DNA of 20,000 bases from Chiloscyllium plagiosum (lineage: Eukaryota). The stretch is from positions 7,848,391 through 7,868,390 of the forward strand of contig NC_057718.1 of the NCBI RefSeq assembly GCF_004010195.1, given 5' to 3'. Each line of letters opens with the position of its first letter. The stretch's first letter is position 1. The notes under the pieces were generated by a model that worked only from the letters and a program-made list of their open reading frames with translations, was not told the DNA's origin and did no database searches. Positions 1-9,297 of this stretch are shown one piece after another. A program made the translations under genes and the position numbers.

Positions 1-346
1 AGGGGCATGGATAGGGTAAATAGGCAAAGTCTTTTCCCTGGGGTGGGGGAGTCCAGAACTAGAAGGCATAGGTTTTAGGTGAGAGGGGAAAGATATAAAA
101 GGGACCTAAGGGGCAACCTTTTCACAGAGAGGGTGGTACATGTCTGGAATGAGCTGTCAGAGGAAGTGGTGGAGACTGGTACAATTACAACATTTAAGAG
201 GCACTTGGATGGGTATATGAATAGGAAGGGTTTGGAGGGATATCGGCCGGGTGCTGGCAGGTGAGACTGGATCGGGTTGGGATATCTGGTTGGCATGGAC
301 GAGTTGGACTGAAGGGTCTGTTTCCGTGGTGTACATCTCTATGACT
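1..346 (+). mobile_element. CR1 LINE 3' end (ORF2 C-terminus + 3'UTR), young family
   Basis: Translates as ...RDLRGNLFTERVVHVWNELSEEVVETGTITTFKRHLD, a typical CR1 ORF2 C-terminus. Ends in a CTCTATGACT tail. Close inverted match to 19398-19750. Confidence 0.92.
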
Positions 347-349
347 GTA

Positions 350-570
350 AAGCATTTCGATACGAAAATGGTGACGGATGTTTGGAACTCTCTTCCACAA
401 ACAGCAGTTGATCCATTATTAACTTTAATCCTGAGATTGAGAAAATTGTGTTAAACAAAGGTAGTAAGGGATAAGGGCCAAAGGCAAGTGAATTGAGTTA
501 GGCCACAGATCAGCCAGGATCTCATTGAATCGTGGAACAGGATCAAGGCGCTGAATGGCCTCCACCTGTG
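350..570 (+). mobile_element. Older CR1 LINE 3' fragment
   Basis: VWNSLPQTAV motif followed by a CR1-type 3'UTR (cagatcagcc...ctcattgaat...gctgaatggcct). Confidence 0.75.
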
Positions 571-929
571 TTTGTCTTTTCCTGTTGTTATCCTGAAGGC
601 TGTGATCAGATCACCCTTTAACCTTCTAAATTCTAGAGAATAATTTATTGAATAATTCCTTGTAATTTAACCGAGGCCATGTTGAAGGTAGATTACTGTG
701 CAGACTAAACAGAAGAGGATACTCCCATATTGCTGTGACCTCGACACAGCATACAGAGAAGAGAATTGGTCGTGTGAATGACTTCACCAACCCTTACCCT
801 CGGCCAGGTTGGCACAAACCATGAAGTGCCAGCACTACCAATCAGGACAAGTGCCTCAAAGTCCACCTGAGACAATTAGCTTGGCTTTATTGAGTTACCA
901 AATATCCAAAAGCAGCACCTGGTCCTGTG

Positions 930-1235
930 GCAAGGGAAGGTGCCTCAGCAATTTACTGGAATTATTGGAGGAAATGGGGACAATGCAGTTATTTGCATTG
1001 ACTTGGATAATCTGATCTGTGGATCCTCGGAAGGTCAGCTTTTATGAGGCTATCACCATTGGGCTAAGGAGGTGGCAGGGGCGGGGAATATTTGTAGAAG
1101 ACCTAACATTAATCAGAATAGTTGACTGCCAGGATAACTGTAACAAATGTCAGGGCAAGGCAGTAAATATACATCAGAAGACGTTTCGTGAGGAGGAATG
1201 GGAGGTGATGCATTTCGGAAGGGTGAATGAGAAAG
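930..1235 (+). mobile_element. Highly degenerate CR1 reverse-transcriptase remnants
   Basis: KGRCLSNLLELLEE resembles CR1 GRSCLTNLLEFFE. EVMHFGRVN resembles KCEVMHFGRKN. Confidence 0.6.
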
Positions 1236-1367
1236 CGACATCGTTTCAGGATTTGTAGGACTTTTCAAAAGTTACCAAAAGTGACGGAACCATGAGGCAC
1301 GTGGGACAGGTGATCGACAGTGAAGAGTATTTGAGAATATTTTTTACCTGAGGTTGTGGATGACCTT

Positions 1368-1515
1368 GTTGACTTCAGGGATGAGCTGGTAAGTTTGTTT
1401 GCAGCTGTTTCATCACTGTGCTAGGTAACCTTCAACAGAGGCACACTGATGATGTTACCTAGAATGCGGGCAAAATATCAGCAAACTAACTTACCAGCTC
1501 AGCGAGCAAGTCAAC
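1368..1515. mobile_element. Inverted-repeat element, probable Penelope-like terminal remnant (family 2) with degenerate hammerhead cores
   Basis: Arms gttgact..tgagctggtaagtttgtttgc..ctaggtaac and gttacctag..gcaaactaacttaccagctca..agtcaac are reverse complements. CTGATGA at 1446-1452. Minus arm reads CTGTTGA-AG-GTTAC..GTGAT-GAAA. Confidence 0.6.
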
Positions 1516-1786
1516 GACCTTGATCAACAGTCTCCATCCGTAATCAGTGGGAATTAAAGGTTGGGAAAACAGCGTTGGACTGAAGCTAAATGAAAAGGAG
1601 TAAAGAAGAGGGAGTTAGGGATTCGGGAACATACTCTTTTGAAAGAGAGCTATTGGTTTAGCGACAATTTGAACCAACAGCAAAGGAGGTATTGGCATAA
1701 AGTTACCACAGTTCTGACCATTGTTGCCCTGATTTTCCAGCAATAATCCAAAAACAGAAAGTGCTTAGCCATCTAACATTATTTGC

Positions 1787-2310
1787 CGTGATGCGGATGA
1801 TTGTCATGGGGATTACAGTGGCCATAGCAATGATGGTGGTCATCATGATGATGGTGACTGAGAGTGTGGTGGAGATGGACATGGTGAAATTGGTAGGCAT
1901 GGTGATTATAATAGCTATGGTTTTTATGGTGGTCATGGCGACGGTGGTGAACAGTGTAACAGTAGTGGCCATTGTAAAAATGATGGCAGTCATGGTAATG
2001 ATGGTGGCAATCATGATTACCCTGATTATGGGGATGATGGAGCAAGGCTGGTGGCCATGGTGATGGTGATGCACAGCAGGTCCGGCAGCATGTGAGGAAC
2101 AGGAAAATCAATGTTTCGGGAAAAAGCCCTTCATCAGGGCTTCCTGATGAAGGGCTTTTGCCCGAAACATTGTTTTCCTGCTCCTCGGATGCTGCCTGAC
2201 CTGCTGTGCTTTTCCAGCACCACTCTAATCTAGACTCTGATCTCCAGCATCTGCAGTCCTCACTTTCACCTTTTGATGATGGTGATGACAATAGCAATGA
2301 TGGCGACAAT
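1787..2310. repeat. Degenerate (ATG/GTG)n trinucleotide tract, split by an insertion at 2071-2270
   Basis: Runs of atg/gtg/gtc triplets that generate the spurious Met/Val- and His-rich ORFs. Confidence 0.85.
2071..2270 (+). mobile_element. Penelope-like short element (family 1), head-to-head inverted structure with hammerhead motifs
   Basis: 2071-2139 is the reverse complement of about 2143-2209. CTGATGA-A-GGGC-TTTT-GCCC-GAAA at 2144-2167. Ends ...ctccagcatctgcagtcctcactttc like the other copies. Confidence 0.8.
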
Positions 2311-2854
2311 TCACAGGACCTTTGGAATGAGATTAGTAAGTGAAGTATATGCACTGTACACATGGGTCTGGTGCACCAGGAGACAACCGACACGACACCT
2401 AATTGGGACCTTATTGCAGTCATGTAACTGAAGAGATTGACAAATCAACATGCAACTCACTGGCCTTTGTGAATCCCTCAAAGGTTTAGTTGTAAATGTT
2501 TCCAAGATGATGCAGAGAAATCCCCCAATTCTCAACCATCGTGTCCAGACCACAGACACAACTGGCATGAATCCTTTCCGTTCCATTATTATTCAACATT
2601 TCTGATGCTGAATCCAAAGTTAATTCCAAATCTTGACTATTAATCACTCTGCAAAGCCGTGGTGACCCAGCCAACTACTGAATGACTGAAATAATTATCA
2701 CTTTAAAAAGAAACCTCCCATTTTACATCATGTGCATCATAAACTGTGTTATGATGATGTTATTTGAAGCACAGTTTTTTAAAATTCATCTGTTGGCTCC
2801 TTCTAAATGATTTGAATTATAAGTTCAGCGTTGCAGAGATGAACTTTGTACTTT

Positions 2855-3500
2855 TTTTAAATTCACGGATGGAATGTGGGTCACTGGCTTGGCCCAGCAT
2901 TTATGGTCTGTCCATAGTTGCCCTGGAGTAGGTGGTTTTCAGCTGTCTCCTTGAATCACTGCAGTTGGGTGGCTCAGTGGTTAGCACTGCCGCCTCACAG
3001 CACCAGTGACCCGGGTTCAATTCCTGCCTGAGGCAACTGTCTGTGTGGAGTTTGCATATTCTCCCCGTGTCTGCGTGGGTTTCCTCCCGCAATCCAAAAA
3101 TGTTCAGGTCAGATGGATTGGCCATGCTAAATTGCCCCGTAGTGTTCATGGATGTGTAGATTAGGGGCATTAGTTGGGGGAAATGTAGAGTAACAGGGTA
3201 GGAGCATGGGTTTGGGTGGGGGGGGACGATGTGGACTTGTTGGGCCAAATGGCCTGTTTCCACACTGTAGGGATTCTGAGCGTCCATATGCTGTAGATAG
3301 ACCTACAATATCATTGGAGAGGGAATTCCTGGATTCTGTCCTAGCGACAGTGAAGAAATGGTTATATATTTCTAAGTCAGGATGGTGAGTGGCCGGGAGG
3401 GAACTTGAAGGTGGTGGTGTTCCCACGTATCTGCAGGCCTTCTCCTTTTGGATGGGAATGGTCATGGATTTGGAAGTTGCTGTCAAAGGGTCTTTGGAAA
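2855..3500 (-). mobile_element. L2/CR1-group LINE 3' end, interrupted by a SINE at 2968-3277
   Basis: The reverse complement matches the + copy at 13750-13910 (ggaattccct...ctacagca...atggactgcag...aaatgctgggcc). The host sequence resumes after the SINE. Confidence 0.75.
2968..3277 (+). mobile_element. tRNA-derived SINE (HE1/V-SINE type)
   Basis: Box A TGGCTCAGTGG (2970-2980), box B GGTTCAATTCC (3014-3024), central ctgtgtggagtttgca..ttctccccgtgtctgcgtgggtttcc domain, and a CR1-like tail. Confidence 0.9.
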
Positions 3501-3509
3501 ATTTTTTCA

Positions 3510-3690
3510 AGTTTTGAAGATTCAAAGTGGAAATGGACAGACAGATCTTTAGGCAGTAGGGGCATTGAGGGTTATGGGGAAAGGGCAAGGAAGTGGAGTT
3601 GAGAATTATCAGATCAGCTGTGATTTCACTGAATAGCAGGACAGACTCAATGGGCTGAATGGTCTACTGCACCATATCTTATGGCCTGAT
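3510..3690 (+). mobile_element. Older CR1 3' end fragment
   Basis: gagggttatggggaaagggcaaggaagtggagttgag...cagatcagc...gggctgaatggtctact is similar to 350-570. Confidence 0.7.
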
Positions 3691-4059
3691 GAGTTAACTG
3701 ATTAAAGTTTAGAATAATTAAGAGGTGTGATAGGACCTTAATCATCTTAAAGACATCAGTTATATTGTGATTACTCTTCAATATTTTGAGGAACTGCAAA
3801 CCTAGCTCAGCAGGGTCTGGGAGAGTGAGGTGCATCAGGTCCCAATAACTGGGATCTTGGACTTGAGGAACATATTGTGCACATGTGGAGCTGCTGTGTT
3901 CAGCTCCCAGGCCAGTGAGCCAGGCCCAGGGTATCACCATGACCTATGATTTCTGTCCAGGCACCTCTCTCTCAGCCCCTGTAACATTTCAGGTAATTAA
4001 AAGTGTCCTTCTCGCTATTGTTACCTACAACAAAGACAGATCGCTAATCACCAGACTGC

Positions 4060-4140
4060 AGCCCGAAACCTCGATTCTCCTGCTCCTTGGATGCTGCCTG
4101 ATCTGCTGTGCTTTTCCAGCACCACACTACGACTGGAAAA
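4060..4140 (+). mobile_element. Truncated family-1 Penelope-like element
   Basis: gcccgaaacctcgattctcctgctcc..gatgctgcctgatctgctgtgcttttccagcaccacact matches 2160-2226 and 6740-6810. The CUGAUGA half is missing. Confidence 0.8.
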
Positions 4141-4774
4141 GATATCAGGTATAAGGCACCAAAATCAAATGGGATTTGCCAAAGTAAATGGGGTAAGTTT
4201 CTAGGTTTCTGAGAGGGTGTTACAGTTTACTCAAGGTGTCCAGGTTGCTGTGGGATCAAACATCTCGCAGCCTGAAACCATCGGCAGTGGCAGTGCCATC
4301 TTGAACTTTCTGACCATCTCCCAGTTGGCCAGGAATCTCTCCTGTTCTTACAGCGATGTGCTACTCATGTACGTTTGGCCCTCAGTGCATTTGGCTGTGA
4401 TTCTGAACACACCTTTCTTTTGGTCATCATGTCCTGGTGAGGGGTTCAATCTGTCTTTGTGACTACACCACAAGTTCCCGTCCGAGTCACCGACTAGAGA
4501 GCAACAATTTCAACTTCGCATCGAGAGAAGGAAAGAAAAGGGGAGGAGGGGAGATGTTGTGTGACACAGAGTTTCTGATCAGAAACAGCTGAAAATTCAT
4601 TCCCGTAAATAGATTTTTTCAAGACAGCTGCATAACTGTTTGAAAGTGGAAAACATTAATAAAACGAAGATTAAAGAAGGACTTGCATATACATCACACC
4701 TCTCATGGCCTCGGGACAATACGGAGAGCTTCAGAGTCAATGAAATGCTTTGAAGTATAGTCACTGTTGACAGA

Positions 4775-5515
4775 TCCACAAATGTAGGGTCATTAGTCGG
4801 CCATTCAGCCCGTTGAGCCTGCTCTGTCATTCAATTGGATCATGGCTGATCCGATAACCCTCAACTCTACATTCTTGTGTTTTCCCCCATAGCTCTCGAT
4901 TCTCTCACTGATTGAAAATCATCTCTCTCAGCCTTGAATACGCTGTAATGATCTAGCCACAACAGATTCCTGTGAGAGAAGAAAGCGCTCCTCATCTCAG
5001 TACAACCTCTTATTCTAAGATGATACCTTTATCTCCTAGATTCTCCCACAATGGGAAACAACTTCTTAACATCTGCCCCGTCTACTCCCCTAAGAGACTT
5101 ACATGTTTCATTCAGATCATCTATCATTCTTCTGAACTCCAATGAGTACAGGCCCAACCTACACAACCTCGCTTCATAAGAAAATCCCTCCATACCTGGA
5201 AAAAATGAACCCTCTCTGAACTGTACCCAGTGGCAGTGTACCTTTCCCTAGAAGAGGGGGGTTAGAAAGCGTGGTGCTGAAAGAGCAAATCCCTGATGAA
5301 GGGCCTATGCTCTCAAAATCGACTCTTTCAGAAAGCGCCACACTTTCTGACTTTGATCTCCAGCATCTGCCGTCCTCACCCTCTCTGTGAAGAGAAGAGC
5401 AAAGCTGTTGACTGTATTCTAGCTGTGGCCTTACTAGTGCCTTGTATAGTTTCAGCAAGACATCCCTCTTTTTACACTCCTTTCCCTTTGAAATAGAGGT
5501 CAATATACATTGTCG
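4775..5515 (-). mobile_element. CR1 LINE 3' portion, interrupted at about 5260-5387
   Basis: The minus strand reads RDVLLKLYKALVRPQLEY (CR1 ORF2). A reversed CR1 3'UTR lies at 4780-4900. Confidence 0.85.
5260..5387 (+). mobile_element. Internally deleted family-1 Penelope-like element nested in CR1
   Basis: Hairpin arms gttagaaagcgtggtgctgaaagag and ctctttcag..gcgccacactttctgac. CTGATGAAGGGC at 5293. Shared 3' end gatctccagcatctgc.gtcctcac. Confidence 0.75.
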
Positions 5516-5954
5516 ACATTTTATAGAATGGGGGCAAACATGCATCCTTGAAAATCAGGCCCAAAATGTGGTAAATTAGTGAAACCTTGCGTCTGAATCT
5601 TCACCACCTCATTATGAGTAAGTGACAGGTCTTAGTAGGTGCATGTCAGACAATATTTCTTGAGGCAATGTTGATCAAGGCTGTGTGTTGTGGTCACATA
5701 TGGTTTTAATTTTCTGGGGTTAACATTGAATGTTTGAAAACAGATTTGCACTCTGGGCACTGAGTCAGAGAGTAAATTCAGGCCAGTCTGCCAGAACAGA
5801 ATACACTGTATAGAAACATAACGACCATCTTGCTTCATTAGGACCTGTTAGATGATGGATGCTGTAGAATCCTAAACAAGGAATGAATCAATGCCTCTCT
5901 GCTCAAGGGCAATGGTAATGTAAGCATAAGTGTTTGTTAAGACTTGTTCAATCG

Positions 5955-6253
5955 TAGAATCCCTACAGTGTGGAATGAGACCATTCAGCCTTTTGGGTCT
6001 GCACCAATCCTTGGAAAAGCATCCCACCTAGACCCTTATACCTCACATTCCCCATGGCTAACCCACCCATCTCTGAACACTATGGAACAATTTAGCATGG
6101 CCAATCCACCTGACCTGCACATCTTTGGACTGTGGGAGGAAACCCACACTGACACAAGGAGAACGTGCAAACTCCACACAGACAGTCTCCCGAGGTGAAA
6201 TCAAATTCTGGTCCCTGGCACTGTGGGGCAGCAATGCTAACCACTGAACCACC
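5955..6253 (-). mobile_element. tRNA-derived SINE (HE1/V-SINE type)
   Basis: Reverse complement of the 2968-3277 family (gtgcaaactccacacagacagt; gctaaccactgaaccacc). Confidence 0.9.
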
Positions 6254-6307
6254 CCTCTTACTGTGTTGTCTTTCTGCAGTCACTATCAAGGTGACCTACA
6301 ATCACTG

Positions 6308-6375
6308 ATGTGTGTTCTCCACACCTTTCCCCAGCTTCTCAATGTTCTTTGCGCTGAAATATCATCAAACCAAAG
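6308..6375 (+). other. Candidate first coding exon (or relic) of the endothelin gene
   Basis: ATG at 6308, reading MCVLHTFPQLLNVLCAEISSNQ. Ends at AAG|GCAAGT, a GC-type donor that is otherwise consensus. The 68-nt size is similar to EDN signal-peptide exons. An acceptor-like tttctgcag also ends at 6279. No strong homology. Confidence 0.35.
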
Positions 6376-6624
6376 GCAAGTAGGGATTGGTGATTCAACC
6401 CAATGTAAATTCAGCTGATTTCTTTTGGAAAGAAAGGTGTTAAAACCTACCCCATGAGTGATAATGATATGTGGCACGTGTAACTTAGGATGAATGAGTG
6501 GCTCTGGATCCATGCTTCCTGAAATTCCTCATCAGTGGGTGTTTACCAACACTTCATGTTGTTCACTTTTTGATAGAGATTGACCAGTGGGATTGGTTAG
6601 TCAACAATCCTATTATTGGAAAAT

Positions 6625-6849
6625 GTCGAAGAGTGTGGTGCTGGAAAAGCACAGCTGGTCAGGAAGCATCTGAGGAGCAGGACAATCAATGTTTCAGGCA
6701 TAAGCCCTTCATCAGGAACAAGGCTGATCAAGGGCTTATGCCTGAAACGTCGATTCTCCTGCTCCTCAGATGCTACCGGACCTGCTGTGCTTTTCCAGCA
6801 CCACACTCTTCGACTCTGATCTCCAGCAGCTGCAGTCCTCCCTTTCTCC
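6625..6849 (+). mobile_element. Family-1 Penelope-like element, 190-bp hairpin, flanked by a 14-bp target-site duplication
   Basis: 6625-6814 is a near-perfect inverted repeat with hammerhead cores on both arms. Flanks are TATTATTGGAAAAT (6611-6624) and TATTAGTGGAAAAT (6850-6863). Confidence 0.85.
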
Positions 6850-6995
6850 TATTAGTGGAAAATGGTAAAGAAGGTGGACAGCCAGTGGTCCCACAATCCT
6901 TTGCTTTACCCAACCAACTAATAACAAGTTTCACTTCCAACAATTTCTATCTTTGTAATGTTGACGCCTTAGCCTTCGGGTTTTTCATACCATAG

Positions 6996-7134
6996 TGTTC
7001 TCCGGAACATGTTCCAAGGTGGCAGGACTCCCTTTTCAAAAGGCCTGGCCTTGCTAACGCAGGACGAGGTGAGAGAATTTAAGACGTCTGGGGATATCAG
7101 TCCAATTCCAGGTCCTGCGTTCAGGTCGGCCTGG
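6996..7134 (+). other. Candidate second exon (or relic) upstream of the endothelin exon
   Basis: Acceptor tttttcataccatag, strong donor TGG|GTGAGT, locally CpG-rich. One open frame: VLRNMFQGGRTPFSKGLALLTQDEVREFKTSGDISPIPGPAFRSAW. No endothelin cysteines. Confidence 0.35.
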
Positions 7135-7329
7135 GTGAGTAGACAGAGCAGATGGTGAAACCAATGTCCCACCCAATCTCACATTTTGCACTGGGAAGAA
7201 AGCACAAATTCTTTCCCTCACTCAACTTGCAAGGCCAGCGATTTTGAGCCAGAGATGTGTTCTGTGCATATTTTCTTGCCTGTTTCGACATGCATTGCCT
7301 TGGTTAAAGATCATACTAAGAACTAAGTA

Positions 7330-7720
7330 AGCCTTACTCTTGTAGAGCGCTTGTCATAACCTGAATCTGTCTCAAAGAACTTTGTCGGTGATGAGTTTTT
7401 TGACAGGGTGAGCGGTCACGGTTGTAATGTGGGAAATGCAGCAGCCATTTGGGTGGTGGGGGGGGAGCGCACAGCAAGATCCCATAATTAGCAACATAAT
7501 TGAAGGCTAGACTGTTCATTCTGGTGATGGTAATTTGTGTGTTTGTATTTCTACTTCAAAATAATGTCGATGACACACGACCAATTCTGTCCACTGGAGA
7601 AGGCCAACAAGCACTCATTCCCATCTGAAGTGGCATCTCCAACAGCGCAGCACTCCATGAGTACAGCATCAGCATGTCACCTTCATACTCAGGTGATAGA
7701 CTGTAGCCCACTGAGACCAT
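7330..7720 (-). mobile_element. Old Deu-domain-like SINE (SacSINE-like), degenerate
   Basis: catctgaagtggcatctccaacagcgcagcactccatgagtacagca resembles the reversed Deu-domain head. ggtcacggttgtaatgtgggaaatgcagcagcc..gcacagcaagatccca resembles the body. Confidence 0.6.
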
Positions 7721-7819
7721 ATCTGGTATCCCAGTCAGAACCTCCACCTGGGTATGCTCCAGTATTCATTGCTGTCACTTGTATACTTACAAACCTAACC
7801 GTGATTTTCATTGTCACAG

Positions 7820-7948
7820 ACAGGTTGTTCCATACGGGTTGGGGAATGCCGCGAAACTTCGGAAGCGGGAACTGACTCGATGTTTCTGCACCAAGGGCAA
7901 GGATGCAGAGTGCAGGACCTTCTGCCAGTCACCAAGCAGAGTGCCACG
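7820..7948 (+). CDS. edn2: Preproendothelin exon (exon-3 equivalent: big-ET tail + endothelin-like peptide), most like EDN2
   Basis: Branch point ctaac at about 7795-7799, acceptor ttttcattgtcacag, donor CG|GTATGT. Reads QVVPYGLGNAAKLRKRELTRCFCTKGKDAECRTFCQSPSRVP: the VVPYGLG motif, a basic KR site and the signature C-x-C-x4-D-x2-C-x2-F-C (7881-7925). The family call is secure. The paralog call (edn2 versus edn4 or other) is inferred from the short spacer and the next exon. Confidence 0.92.
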
Positions 7949-8100
7949 GTATGTTTCAGAATCAAGAACAGTCAACTCAATCAGGCTGCAGTGGGCTGTG
8001 CACTGATCAAAGCTGTGGGAAACAATGCACTCTCACCCCACCCAGATTATCGCAAAACCCTAGTTCACTACTTGTTAGTGCTGGAGAGTCTTAAAGTGGG

Positions 8101-9040
8101 TACACACACACACACATACATACACACACTCTCTCCCACATCCATGATTTTGCACGCATACATACACACAGACTCGCACACACAGACTCGCACACACAGT
8201 CACACATGCATGCACACACATGTGCATACACACACACTCATGCATACATACACACGCACTCACACTCTCACACATCCACGCATTTACACATTCTCTCACA
8301 CACATACATACACACACACTCTCCCTCACAGGTATATATGCACAAATTCTCTCTCTCTCACTCACACACACACACACACACACACTCTCACGCATGCACG
8401 TATATACAAACTCACACGCATACATACACACATGCACACACATACTGTCTCACACATGCATATATACACATACTCACACGTGCAGCCATACACACACTCA
8501 CACATACACACACTCTCTCTCTGTCTCTCTCTCACACAAATACTGTTTCTATCACACACATACACACACTCTCTCACTCACGCATACATGTGCACATATT
8601 CACACACTCTCACATGCATATATACACTCTCACACGCATGCACACACACTCACACGTGCATACGCACTCTCTCAAACGCATACATACACACGCTCTCTCT
8701 CACCTACATGCATACACTCTCACATGCACAAACGTATACACACAGTCTCTCACGTGCATACATACACACATACCTGCTCACATGTGCATACACACACTCG
8801 CACACATGCATACATACACAGACTCTCACAAGTACATACACACACACACTATTTCACATGCGCGCGCGCGCACACTCATATGTGCAAGCATACATATACA
8901 CTCTCACACACATGCACACACCTGTGTGCTTACATGCACATACACTCATGCGTGTGCACACACATACACATGCACACACGCACTGTCTCTCAAATATGCA
9001 CATTCTCTGTCTCACACACGTATGGACATGCACACACAAG
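8101..9040. repeat. Cryptic (CA)n/(CT)n microsatellite, about 940 bp, intronic
   Basis: Degenerate acac/catg/ctct runs that generate the His/Thr-rich ORFs. Confidence 0.95.
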
Positions 9041-9203
9041 CACCAGAACTCTGCAACAAACATAGTCCATTCAGCTCACTCTAACCTCATGTACTGTTCA
9101 GCTGGTTCCCATCATTTATTGACTTTTAGGGGCTCATGATCAGAGTTATCGTGTGAAAACAGTATATCAAATAACTGTAAGCAATGTTCAGATTCTTTAT
9201 CAG

Positions 9204-9297
9204 GTTTGTGAAGAAGGAGCAGCTTCAATATGGTACATTAGTTAATGAGACAAAGGAAGGAAATATATTATTGGCACAGCTGAGAACATTTCACTGA
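9204..9297 (+). CDS. edn2: Preproendothelin next exon (exon-4 equivalent)
   Basis: Acceptor ttctttatcag, phase-compatible with 7948 (CG|G = Arg). Reads FVKKEQLQYGTLVNETKEGNILLAQLRTFH*. LLAQLR resembles the EDN2 LLQRLR segment, recalled from memory. Confidence 0.65.

Noticed and set aside
1703..2423. His-rich and Met/Val-rich ORFs, including an apparent His tag
   Set aside because: Products of the (ATG)n tract plus the inserted element.
2970..3024. tRNA gene from the A/B boxes
   Set aside because: It is the head of a multi-copy SINE, continuing into the V-domain and CR1-like tail.
4330..4413. SCSYSD...VHLAVILNTP as a possible mature endothelin exon
   Set aside because: Only a superficial echo of HLDIIWVNTP. 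It lacks the Cys pattern, DKEC, the terminal Trp and a donor at the expected place.
6969..7172. Minus-strand ORF/exon ADLNAGPG...RRTL
   Set aside because: No recognisable homology, and it is phase-incompatible with the long frame of the 4348-4493 candidate. The + strand splice signals are stronger.
7811..9139. 442-aa ORF and overlapping His/Thr-rich ORFs
   Set aside because: They are open only because the (CA)n tract lacks stops. The real exon is in another frame and ends at the 7948 donor.
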